From: Diadema antillarum
Lineage: Eukaryota
Length of the DNA stretch: 64,000 bases
Assembly (NCBI RefSeq): GCF_040938485.1
Contig: NW_027272920.1
Coordinates: forward strand, 1 to 64,000
Reading direction: 5' to 3'
Shown here: positions 12,601 through 23,847 of the stretch, in pieces
Numbering within the stretch: the first letter of the stretch is position 1
Layout of the letters: each line of letters starts with the position of its first letter
The notes under the pieces: generated by a model
Seen by the model: only the letters and a program-made list of their open reading frames with translations
The model's database searches: none
Told to the model about the DNA's origin: nothing
Position numbers and translations under genes: made by a program

Positions 12601-15600
12601 AACCAGATAAAAATCTATAATTGGCCTTAATAGAGGACATAATCTACAAGAGAAAGAAGGGAATGCCATATTATGAGTAAGAAAGACATAGGCTGGACAA
12701 CCCATGCCAACATGCACCACAGAATCCTTAATAGGTCACTTGGAAACTTACAGATGAGGGAACCAGATCAGGGTATAAATTAAAGGGAGAGTCAAAAATG
12801 CTACAAAAAGTGAGAACTTACATTTGATGTACATCCTAATACAAGTTTCAACATAATAAAGGCAATGTAATTTGAGTGAAATTATTGTAATTTTCAACCA
12901 ATCATTTGATAATTAAGTTGCTTGCTCATATGATGTTACGGGCCACTCAGAGATTTTTAGCAAATTTCAACCCATGAAGTTATCTACTTTTTAAAAATCA
13001 AATTTAGTTCATCCATATATATATATTTTTTTTTCTTTAAATGTATACGGCTTTAACAGTGATAGCTAATCACAGGATGCCATCATTTGCCCTTTGCCCT
13101 TTAATGTAAAAGTAGTTGTGTTTATAGCTCTGTTGATTGATAACATTGTTAAATAGATCAGTCCTTTGTCCTTGAATCACACTGGAATACAATTATGTGT
13201 AACTTGTACACACCTTCAAATAGAACAACACATTCCAGTCTCCATTACACTTCATGGAATTCTCTCACAAGATGGTGTTGGCAAAATTGTTGTACATACA
13301 TGCAAGAGGCACCTACAACTTACTCTAAAACAAATGACACCAGTTGCCAACACAAATGATCACCTAAACACCAAGGTATAACATCAAACTGCACTACACT
13401 ATATACATTATGGTATGATACACACAAAACTTAAAGGAAACCACAAAATTACAGTTTAACAATTCTTTTCATGCCAACAACATGCATTTGTGTCAATACA
13501 AACTCTGTCAGACTGCTTTATTTTTGGGGAAAGAGGGGGAAAACACTGAAGTACCTTCTGCAGCAAATTATTTAGGTCCGCCTCTTCAAACGTGTGTTCA
13601 TTTCGAAAATCAACATGGGCGATGAAATCAAGGAGGTTTGTCTGTGTATCCGCACCTACACATTGCAAATAAGGGACGTGAAAGCTTTTAGAGGGGATGG
13701 GAGCCATTTCAACAGGCAAGGCTATTGAGTGAACAATTATAAGCCTATAGATATTGCATGAGGAAAGGTAGATAGATAAAGATGAAGTGATTACAATAGG
13801 TGTACATACTCACGTGCAAGTAGTTTCATACTAACATACATAATACACACACACACATGATACAACATTAATTTCTAAATACATACTACATATACACACA
13901 CATACATAATCATAGGGATGAGGTCTAGTTTACAGGTCACTGTGCACTCGACAGTCAGTGCTATATCTGTAAAGCTAGACGTAAAGAAATATACATTAAT
14001 TGTTAAAAAGACTTGTGCTTTTAACGTTTCACATAACATGTTGAATGATGTGCAGTCCTCCAGATGAAAGAGAGAGAGAAAAAAAAAGAAGTTAGGTTGT
14101 GGGCAGACAGCAAGATGGATGGATACAAGACACAGGATGGCAGTAGACTTGATAATCTTGTAGACTCCCACTGAGGACAAAAACATTTCTCAGAATTTTG
14201 AAGATAAAAAATATCCTGAAAATGAAACAGTGTGCAACCTGGGCTGAAGGAGACATCACTTGATTGATGGTGACTGCCATAATAATAGGGACTCTGTACA
14301 TTTCAAAGTATTTGTAAAAAAAAGAGAAAATGCATTGAAGGAAAAAGAGTAGAGAGAAACAGGGCGTCAGAGTCAAGATTAATTGTATACAGAGAGAAAT
14401 TATTAGGAAAACAGAAGCATCATATAGAAAAGTTAAGATAAAGAGCTTGGCAAACTGCCAAGTAAAGCATGTGTTATTAGATATTACAAGCTTGAAGAAT
14501 TTTCCAAACAGTAGGAGCTGTTTTCAATAAAAGCAATGCAATGCTTGAATTATGAAGTGACCTAACCATAGTGACTAAGTTTGGAGTGTCAATGTGCATA
14601 ACACTACATCAGGAAGCTTTCATTACTAACATTCTCATGTTTTAAAAAGAGTCAATTTGCAACTTGAGGTTTTATGAATGCATTGCTTTTTTATGATACT
14701 TCATTGCTCCTACTGAAAAGGACTTCATTCTGCTAGGTGATGGTCAAATTTGACAGAGTGACTAACTGTGCACATCATAACACAGCAAATACATCAAATT
14801 CATGTACAAGTGGAAGGAGAGCAACAAGAAAAAAATATAGCTCCCTGAATTCAATGGATTCTCAACTCAGTATGCACATGTGTAGCATTGAACCAAGAAA
14901 GGATAAATTCCTTGCCTCAGAATAATTTCAGATGATTTCAATTACTGTACATGCCATTCTTGCATAGATTTAAATGGAAGGGAGAGGGAGGTTCTAAGAT
15001 TTTTATTTTTGTTTTAATCTATTTTGTTAAAGAAGGAATTGTACTATTTAGTTTTAAGCTGTCCAACCAATGCATATCTGTGTGTGCTCTATGGTTTTAC
15101 CAGAGTTTACATCTATTAACTTTTAATTTGTCTCTCAATGAACTGCATAATTTCACCTGATTTGGCTTGCTACTACCACTGTGAGATGAGAACCCAATAA
15201 ATTCAAAGATTACAATACAATTTGGTGATCAAATGTGGAACATTTTCTTTGAGGATGAAAGAAACCAAACTTCTGAAACTTCTCAAAACCTGTCCCAAGT
15301 CTCTGAAAAATTGCCTGCAGACAAAGAACTTCAAATGTCAAACATTTTGTGAAAGCTCCTGTAAAGCATGGGAGAAAATAGTGCATATAATCATCATAGT
15401 AGAAGTCGACAGCAAAAGAAGATTATGATCAAAAGGAAGTGATAATCACAATCATCAGTTAGTGATATAAATGTACGAACAATGGGACATGAAAACTGCA
15501 ATAATCAGTACGAGTACCATACTCTATATAAATTCAGGATTAGGTTTCCACAATGACAACCAGTGAGTTATTTGAGACAGGCTTTGATACAAAGCTTGAT

Positions 15601-18600
15601 ACAAAGTTGTTTAAGAAGTACCCAAAACATTCCTAGCGGGATTTGCATCCTATATGGTCATAACCTATGTGCAACTTCATCTGGTCCAGACCTTACAAAA
15701 TAATAAATTTGGGGCTGCATTGAAGGTGGATATATAAAATTTGAGACATGCAGGAGAGCAAAAAGGAGTCCAAAACCATTTCTTTTTTCATTAATCTAAT
15801 TCTAATACAAGAGATGAATCATAATTATATTCTGATATATTTTGACAACAGATTTATGGAAAATCAATCACTAAATTGTCACTGAATTGTTTTTTAATGT
15901 GAGTAGAATTTACATATGAGCTGATTTACCACTGGTTATGGAATTAAACTTTAGATTTAGGGTTCTATGATAGTGGAAAGTTGGTCAGAATTCTCACAGA
16001 CAACATTACATTACTGCTCAAATGTGAAAGAGAGCTAGAGAGAGAGAGAGAGAGAGAGGAAACCCTTCCACCACAACTATATTTGACAGTCTAAAATTGA
16101 AATAGATGATTTTATGATGCTTCTGATGTATAGTATTTTATATGCAATTTGACAATGAATATACTGTCAAAGAAATCCAATGAAAAGATACAATGCATAC
16201 AGCATACAATTGTAGATAAGCCTTATCACAGTAGTTTGAGACTACATAGTATTTCTCAATTAAATAGGTTTGTTCCTGCATTGGTGATTTTAGTGAAAAT
16301 GCACAAATGCTATGTTAAGAAAACAACAGAAAGACACAAATCCACAAGTGCAGAACACATAATAAAGTCTTATCTAACAACACAAGAAACACAAAGGAAA
16401 CATAAGAAACATGCATAAACACAGTTTACACAAGCGCACACAAACAGAGATGGATGCATTTGCTACGAAAATGCAAAAAGTGTGATATTCGCGGCATTCC
16501 AGGAAATGTTAGGGCATCATTTGCACCAAGTAACTGTGAACTGAGTGTCAGTCTGCCAAGCACAGCACCATAACACAAATTTACTTCAAGCTGTGATGAG
16601 CACTGGCCGAGTTGATTGCTAAGTACTACAACACCAAACATTCATGTGTTGGTGAAGAGGGAAGAGGGTGTACCTTTTGCAATAATTTAGTTATATCATC
16701 AGGGCTGAAACTGCTAATTGAAGATGCATCCAGATGGCCAATGAGGTTGTCCAAATACGACTGGTCTGGAACTCGATTACCTTTGGCTTTTTTATGAAGT
16801 AATATCACGGAAGTGCAAAGAAGGGGCAAGGAAAAAAAAAGTAATCACAAAATACATGCACAAGCTGGGATTATTGCAGCAACACATCACACCCCTGCAA
16901 CAAAAATTGAATTTCAAGTTAATAAATGATGAAAGGGAAATGTGATATGTAATATTCTTTGCATAAAACATACAATTTATGTAATTCAAATAATCAAAGA
17001 CATGAAGGAGAGCAAATGGGCAGACACTTCTAAATGCTACAAAACTAACTATGAGATTTGCTTTAAAGTCTCTAGTAACAACTGCTGCTGGGATTGAACA
17101 AAGTGGCTTTTGAATTCTCCAAACCTAAACACTTTGAAATCATTGATGTGTAGCCACAGATGTCTGATGCCACAGCAAATACTTTTTATTCTACAGGCTT
17201 CAACTTCATGCATTTTCACTTTTAGACATAATACAAGAAGTTATATTTCCAGTACTATCATCAGTGGTGTTGAACAAATTTCTATTTCAGAAGTGGTGTT
17301 TGGATGCCCGGCTTGCAATTTGTTCTTCCCTCTGAGTCTTCTATTCTTGTTAAGTAAAATATGCCAGCTGAGGTATAATGCATCCTTACTGTACAGCCTT
17401 AGGTATGATATTCTACATACATGTACAATGGGAAAATTTTGTGTTTGCAATAAATTGCAAGTCCAGATGTTGGTATGCCAGTATTTGCAATATCTCAATG
17501 TTAAAAGCTTCATGAATTGACTCAGCTTTACACATCAGTCTCCTGTTTGCATGTACTGAAACTAAATCCCTGTTTTCAAACAGGCAAAATAGACATTGAT
17601 CTGCAGAATCAATTAATTCCTTGAGTCAAACACACATACAGTTACTTAATTTAAACATACATTTCAAGAAAAATTGGCTGAAAGGCTAATATTGCTTGTT
17701 CATGAATCTACTATTACAAGAAGTGACTGAGGTTAAGATACAAAAATCTAAATTGGACAATAGACATTGGAAAGAGTCAATGTAAGCCATGAGAAACTTG
17801 TATCATTATTTTGTGATTTTAAACAATACTCTTCTTGAGTGGCCAGCAGAAGTCCGGTTGATCCCACTTCAGACATGTTTAAGTTTTCCTGATGCTAAAT
17901 GCCACCAACAAGGCCCATTTCACAAAGACTCAAAACTGCTGTAGCATATATGTGCAGTTATCACACAGTCAGGCCTGAAATAACTAAACAATATTAATCT
18001 TTATAGCTAATCTCAAATGTAGGTGCAGTCTTTGAGACTTTTATACAACAGTAGTAAGGCTTTGGATAACACAAAGTGATGGCACCCATTTCAAGTTTGC
18101 AATCAATATAGAATAGTGGAATAACTGAAGTTAAGGCAGTGACAACTTAATGACTCACAGCTGATTATTTCATGGCAGCTGAAATAACCACTCTCATCAA
18201 TGGAACATAAAATAAATACATGCCTGTACATGAACTTAGTCCAAGTTGTCAAGGGAAGACTAATGGCTTGACAAGGTAAATCATCACCTACCTGCATGCT
18301 CCTCCATCTTCTTACGGGCAACAATGCGCAGTCGCTGGATCTCTTTACGTTTCAGGTCATCAAGTTGACTGCGAATGTGGTTCCCCACATTGTTGAGCTG
18401 CTTCCCGAACTTCCCACTCTGATACATGTGCCAAAAGACAAATTACCATCAACAATCAGTGGAACTTTGCATAACTACTAAGTAGTGGCTTTTACAATCT
18501 GATCATGCTAGGCTAATAGAATTTACACATTTTTTTTCCACAACTTTGTCCATGGTTTTAGCCAAGAAAATGTATAAAATGTAATACTTACATCAGTGCA

Positions 18601-20092
18601 GTGTAAAATTCAGGAATTGTGTTTTTCAGTGACCAAATATAACTGCATAACACAACAAATTTATATGTAATGTTAACAAATACAATTTCTTGAAGGCCTA
18701 AATTTTGATGATAATTGATTTTGTCATACAGCGGCCATTCCTAAACCCATATACAAGCAAATTTTTCTTGACATGTGTAATATTCACCATGCAAACCAGT
18801 CTCATTCTCAAAAGTCTTACACATCTCTGTGCTTTCATGTTTCTGTTTTATACTCACAATCCAAAGGATTGAAAATTTGCCAATTCATTCTAATGCAGAT
18901 GCCAGTTTCTCTCAAAATAGATTTATGTCATAACACTATATTGGGGCACCAAAAAAAAAGAAGTTAGCAGTCTTGATGAAAGGCAAATTTACTCACAAGG
19001 AGGTCATCAGTGTCCATCTCATCCATCTTAGCCTTCATCTCTGGGTCAGCCTCCAACACCTGGATGACCTCTCGTAAATAGCGCTCATACTCTAGGCCCA
19101 GGGGCTAACGTCACAAACAAAAGGGTACAGGTCATAGTTCAAACTATACACTTTCACCACTGGCCATAAAATGTAATTTGCATTAGACAGCTTAGTGACT
19201 TTCTTATGTCAGAAAATTAAAATCATTACAGAGTGACTTTTTACATACGTATGTGATTTACAAAGTTTCTATTTTCAGGTTGTTGTTCTTTTTTTACAGT
19301 GATCACATCAAAGGATGGGAGAAATGTAGAAACAAAAGTTTCATGTATATCAGAAATTGTACAGAGACAGTGATTGCACAGTCTGCATGTTATACACTCC
19401 TTCATTCAAAACTACCTGTAGACATCTACACATGGTATACGCTCCACATGTAATTAGATGATATCAGTCATCAGCCAAAGTATTCATCAAATTGGAAAGA
19501 AAACTTTACACCCTTAAGGTACTTGCCCCCACACCTCATATAAGGGAGTAATCCCATGTTCTTCTCAAGAAGTGCCATTTTAGAATTTAGCATCTCATCT
19601 CTATAGAGCCAAAAGAACAGACATGAGAGGAGCGATTCTGCGAGGGAGCAGAACGACCAGTGTATCAGGCATCACACACACAGCATCCATCAATTTCTGT
19701 AGTACAAGTAATATTCAAGTAGTACGGCGGGATATGGTGGCTGCAAAATAAGGGGGGAAAAAGGGGGGGGGGGGAAAGAAGAAAAATTGTGGAAATTTTT
19801 CCAGATGGTGTATTACTCCCCCACAATTTCAAAATCCGCAGAAATCTCATGCTGAAAGAGATTAAACAGTTCAAGACAGAAGGGCATGATGCTTCCGGTT
19901 CATCTACCAACCTTACCAGCCAGCTCAAGGATAACATACCTCTGCCTCTTTGTTGTCACCCTCTCCAGCTACCCCCTCAACTTTAGGCTCCTCCTGCTTC
20001 TCCTCTGCAGGTTTGGGGTCAAGAGGTGCCAGGTGGGCCAGCTGGACAATGACCAGTAGCAGTAATGCCAGCTTCAACTGTGATGTAGCCAT
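350..20092 (-). CDS. NUCB2: Nucleobindin (NUCB1/NUCB2 family, nesfatin precursor-like), whole coding span: 11 coding exons per isoform with alternative exon 4a/4b, about 485-490 aa
   Basis: Exons join in phase through GT/AG sites to give signal peptide, [83 protein letters not shown] and [14 protein letters not shown], all matching nucleobindin as recalled. An invertebrate gene is probably co-orthologous to NUCB1 and NUCB2. Confidence 0.95.
751..1438. mobile_element. Non-autonomous DNA transposon (MITE), about 35-bp TIRs, ATAT target duplication (Sola1-like, inferred)
   Basis: ATAT|GTGACCGTGCATCACAAAACGAACAAAAAGTCGC ... GCGACTTTTTGTTTGTTTTGTGGTGCAGGGTCAC|ATAT. Confidence 0.8.
1469..2441. mobile_element. 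pogo/Tc1-mariner-like MITE interrupted by a piggyBac-like element
   Basis: Ends CATTGGACTCCCATT / ATAATGGGAGTGCACTG; same family as 29631-30912 and 46479-46691. Confidence 0.75.
1613..2391. mobile_element. piggyBac-like non-autonomous element, 779 bp, TTAA target duplication
   Basis: TTAA|CCCTAAAAGGGCCGGG ... CCCGGCCCCTTTAGGG|TTAA; no transposase ORF. Confidence 0.85.
3602..3665. repeat. (CAA)n microsatellite
   Basis: About 21 uninterrupted AAC units. Confidence 0.95.
5612..5680 (-). CDS. NUCB2: Nucleobindin coding exon 10 ([23 protein letters not shown])
   Basis: CAAG acceptor, AAG|GTAATA donor, 69 nt, open only in phase 0; little homology support. Confidence 0.6.
6124..6285 (-). CDS. NUCB2: Nucleobindin coding exon 9 ([20 protein letters not shown]...)
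   Basis: AACAG acceptor, CAG|GTAGAG donor, 162 nt; resembles the FTEEEL segment after EF-hand 2. Confidence 0.8.
6597..6686 (-). CDS. NUCB2: Nucleobindin coding exon 8, EF-hand 2 ([30 protein letters not shown])
   Basis: TTGCAG acceptor, CAG|GTAGGT donor, 90 nt, 12-residue EF loop. Confidence 0.92.
8200..8870. repeat. Purine-rich (GA-rich) low-complexity intronic tract
   Basis: Strong A/G bias on the plus strand; explains the Phe/Leu/Ser-rich ORFs called here. Confidence 0.7.
9511..9597 (-). CDS. NUCB2: Nucleobindin coding exon 7 ([29 protein letters not shown])
   Basis: AACAG acceptor, GAG|GTAGGC donor, 87 nt; RMREH motif. Confidence 0.9.
9727..9852. repeat. Tandem repeat, 48-49 bp unit, about 2.6 copies
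   Basis: TAGCTCTCTATGGAATTGACAT(G/A)ACTATA starts at 9727, 9775 and 9824. Confidence 0.9.
10319..10468 (-). CDS. NUCB2: Nucleobindin coding exon 6, EF-hand 1 ([11 protein letters not shown]...[20 protein letters not shown])
   Basis: AAAG acceptor, GAG|GTATGT donor, 150 nt; strong similarity to NUCB2. Confidence 0.95.
10938..11123 (-). CDS. NUCB2: Nucleobindin coding exon 5 ([21 protein letters not shown]...KVNHP)
   Basis: AACAG acceptor, CCT|GTGAGT donor, 186 nt. Confidence 0.95.
13555..13655 (-). CDS. NUCB2: Nucleobindin alternative exon 4b ((G)[33 protein letters not shown])
   Basis: TGTAG acceptor, AAG|GTACTT donor, 101 nt, phase 1 to 0; homologous to exon 4a and to the NUCB2 H..NP..F...DL..LI segment. 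Confidence 0.85.
16674..16780 (-). CDS. NUCB2: Nucleobindin alternative exon 4a ((G)[35 protein letters not shown]); the acceptor may instead be at 16786
   Basis: AAG|GTACAC donor; two in-frame AAG acceptors 6 nt apart downstream of a pyrimidine tract; phase 1 to 0. Confidence 0.78.
18292..18418 (-). CDS. NUCB2: Nucleobindin coding exon 3 ([31 protein letters not shown]...)
   Basis: TATCAG acceptor, CAG|GTAGGT donor, 127 nt, ends in phase 1. Confidence 0.93.
18997..19104 (-). CDS. NUCB2: Nucleobindin coding exon 2 ([21 protein letters not shown]...)
   Basis: GTTAG acceptor, CTT|GTGAGT donor, 108 nt. Confidence 0.93.
19940..20092 (-). CDS. NUCB2: Nucleobindin coding exon 1 with signal peptide ([26 protein letters not shown]...)
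   Basis: ATG at 20092, hydrophobic h-region, GAG|GTATGT donor; probable acceptor just upstream at 20101-20102. Confidence 0.9.
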
Positions 20093-21218
20093 AGTTCTTC
20101 CTTCAGTGCAGAAAAATTTTACAATAAAAAACATTATACCCTATGGGTTATGACAGGTGGTACATGCATCCCAACCAGTAACAAATAAAGTTTATCTGCA
20201 AAAGCTTCTGGGAAGTCGACCACTACAAGGTTTTAATACTAAAGTGTGAAGTGTTAATTATCTGAGTAAAAAGTTTCATGTACGGTATCAATGCTCTGTG
20301 ATACCAGTACTAAAATAAAAAAATGCAAATATTGTTTACCGGTCCTCAGCTTTATCAACACTAACTTATGGTATTACGTACAAGTATGCTATAAAGTACA
20401 CAGGTTATTACACTAAATAAGTATGTGGTAATGATTTTATGTGTAAATGGAATTAAAAACATGCAAAATTGTCATAGTAAAACAGTTACCAGAATATCAA
20501 ATTTTACAATGATTATCAGGCAATTTCACGAGAAAATAAACCCAATGCTTTAAGTTTACCTGCTTTCTGTTTCCAAGATCCAAATCTAGGTAATATTGTT
20601 TTCTATATATATTTTTCTTTCTCATTCCAGTTTTGAAGAAAGTTCCAAAACAAGCTTAGATACCAGATAGTTCCAAAACAAAGAACTCACTGTAATACAG
20701 CCCCACAAAAATACCATTTGGGGGGTCAAATCGATACCCTCATAAAGAAGTATAGATGTACCATGAGGCATGAGGAGTGTTACAAGAGCCACCATGGTAC
20801 AATACCCAGACAATTCATCACACTTGCTGGCTAGCTTCAACAAAACATGTATGTACAGTGTAAGCCAGGCATACATACGTATACATAATAATACTACTTT
20901 CTACATGCATTTCGAAAAAAATGAATTGCAATGATTGCATTATTTATGGCCAAAGACAATGTTGCATTGCAATGACATTGTAGAGAAGGTGAAACATGTG
21001 AGAATACAATTCTGTAATCTAAAATATCACCTAAATTAATATTGTTTTGAGGCAAGGTGCTACATTCAAAGATAATAAAAAGTTTTGGTACCTCAAAAGT
21101 TTCCTTGAATTTCCTTGTCTTAGTTTGTGTTTCAGGTTAAATTACCTTTCATATAACTAACACTGTGAGACTTACTCGCCCCAAAGTGCTCTCATGTCTT
21201 TAATAGTAATCATGCAAT

Positions 21219-21914
21219 TAACTGCGACCAGCAGCCCCATACGCATAGCGACCAGCAGTCCCATACGCGTAGCGTAATCGGGCTTCGCATTGTATCATTC
21301 AGGATCATGACAGATTTGTAGTATCGCAGGATACATGTTAACTTAAAATCCCAAAAATTCTTCAATTTGAAGACTTGCCAATTAAGGTGCAGTATTGAAA
21401 ACAGGCTTCGGGCAACGTTTGGTTCTGCCTATAGTCCCTTTCTGATTGAATTGATGACTGAATGTGACTTGGCCGAGAGGACCTTGGGAGAGCTACATAC
21501 ACTGAATACTACAGCCAGTGCATGCGAACACATCACATGCGCACAAATTTCAAAGCCATCAACGGATAAGATGTTTGTGTGCGCATGCGTTGACCGTAGT
21601 AGTCAGTGTATGTAGCTCTCCCAAGGTCCTCTCGACCGAGTCACATTCAGTCATCAATTCGAAAAGAAAGGGACTATTGGCAGAACCAAACGTTGTTCGA
21701 AGCCTGTTTTCAATACTTCAACTTAATTGGTACGGTAAGTCTTCAAATCGAAGAAATTTTTGGATTTTAAGTTGCCATTTACCCGCGATACTAATTCTGT
21801 CATGATCCTGAATGCTACAATGCGAAGCCCCATTACGCTACAATGTATGCGTATGGGGCTGCTGGTCTCAGTTAGCTATGCGTACAATGGGCTGCACGCT
21901 GCTAGTCGCAGTCA
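21219..21914. mobile_element. Fold-back element, about 320-bp imperfect arms, short spacer
   Basis: 21219-21540 is the diverged reverse complement of about 21570-21874; terminal GCGACCAGCAGCCCCATACGC sub-repeats. Confidence 0.85.
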
Positions 21915-22646
21915 GTGGTTTCGTATAATATTTATCGACGCTGTACGGTGACGGCTCTGGTACGAAACCATTATTGCATGATTACTAAGACATGAGAGCA
22001 CTTTGGGGCAAGTAATTCTTACAGACAACGTACTTTAACGTGAAACACAAACCAAGACAAGGAAATTCAGGGAAACTTTTGAGGTACCAAAACTTTTTAT
22101 TATCTTTAAGCAATTGCCTGATTGCCCGGGGCAAGTGAAAAATCAAAGCTGGGCAAGTGCTTTGGAGCAATAAGAAAAAAAGTTCTGAAGCCACACGTTA
22201 GCCACCTTTCTTTCATTTTTCCCCCATACAAATGTACATGTAAAAACCCACAAAATCAACCATACAAAGGCCCAAACATAATGACTGTTTAATGTCAATG
22301 CAACACACTTTAGTTTCATTTCAGCAACTTTCCAACACTTACAAGAAGAACCCCATTGCAATGCAATGTCAAAACTTGATCAAACCAAGTTTGTTACTCC
22401 AATGTATTCAAGCGTGCAAATCGATGTGCATGTTTATTCAAATGATTGTGTTTTATTGAGCCCTTGACGTACTGTATACGTGATTTCCTAGAACCCTATC
22501 AGTTTCTTATATTTTTGGACTTCCTTATGGGCAAGTAAAGTTGACGTTTGGGCAAGTGTTCTGCAACAATTTGAAAATCTGCTTGCCTGACTGCTGGGCC
22601 TGGGCAAGTGGTCAACATTGAAGAGGTATTGTATGAACATAGTACC

Positions 22647-22803
22647 TAGACAGAAAAATCTGTCTGTCCGGAGGAGTCTTTCATCATTTTTTGACTTTAT
22701 CGTCTCTTCTTTGTATAGCTGTATAGTAGGGGATTCTGAAGCCAGACGCAGTCTCTGCAGAACATATCCCCGACGACCAGATACTGACCGATCTTTCGGT
22801 TGA
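22647..22803. mobile_element. 157-bp short copy of the element at 54241-54999
   Basis: Left part matches 54241-54305, right part matches 54910-54999; flanks CATAGTACC / TGTAGCACC fit a decayed 9-bp duplication. Confidence 0.75.
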
Positions 22804-23847
22804 TGTAGCACCATGTTTAGAGGTCAACACTAAGCATGACCCCTGCCCCTAAACCCTTGCCCCTTGTTTTGCTGATACAGTGCTCACTGCTCGGGAAGGG
22901 TCGGGAGACATGCTTTTCTCTCGTTTAAGTGGTGCTCCTGCTTAGGCGGTGGCTGGTATTGGCCCGTGCAAACTACACAACATGAAGCCCAGTATGTGGG
23001 CATTACGTTCACTAAACCATGCAGTTATCAAATCCGCTGATAACCACAGCAACAAATGCACGTACGCTATAACACACAGACACCAAATGGCGATAAGAAA
23101 AGACACAGCAGTCTCATAATTTTGGTAAATGCATCATCGGAACAAACCTTCATTCATTTGATCCACATAATAACCCTCTTTTGGAGTTCAAAGGTTACCA
23201 AACAAGTCAAGATGCACACCCTATTAAAGTCGGACGATCGTCACCCCTAATGGTGCGTTATTTCGTAATCTCCCGAACAACCGAAGTTTGTGCATGCAAT
23301 TGCGCAATGCCAGACTCGGTGCTATATCCATAAATGTGTAGGACAATGCTGCCACTGAGACACGTGTGTGTGTGTGTGCATGTGTGTACGCATCATACAC
23401 AAACATTGTGACCGCGAGCTGTGGTGATTGGAGGAGAGAGGCCAGAAGACGCGTGGCTCTTTTGGCCTCTCTTCATGCGCATGCACACTGTGAGTGTGCG
23501 TCCATTCAGAAGCTCTCGTGGCTCGGGCAGTCATTTTGGGTCAGGAGATTTGTAGTCTAAAGTGTTGTTCGCTGACCCATTAAGCCAGCCAGCGCTATTC
23601 TCATTCGGCGTCACTGCATTTGGTACAGAATGGGGGAGGCAGCGTGTTGCGTTCGTCTCCGTGCCGCACAAACCACTCGCCACGATTGTAAGGCTTTGAT
23701 GCAGAGAAAGAGGCAGCTATGCTATAAACTTCGACACCCTGTTTAACATGCAACATATTACGATGACACTGATTGTGACAATTGTACAAACACATTTGTC
23801 TCATATCCATGGCCCCTGCCCCGTTCATGTTCTGCTGTCACACACAA

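Noticed and set aside
13200-13312. Possible third copy of nucleobindin exon 4 (TGTAG|GTGCC...GAAG|GTGTGT)
   Set aside because: In-frame TAA in the required phase and no similarity to 4a or 4b.
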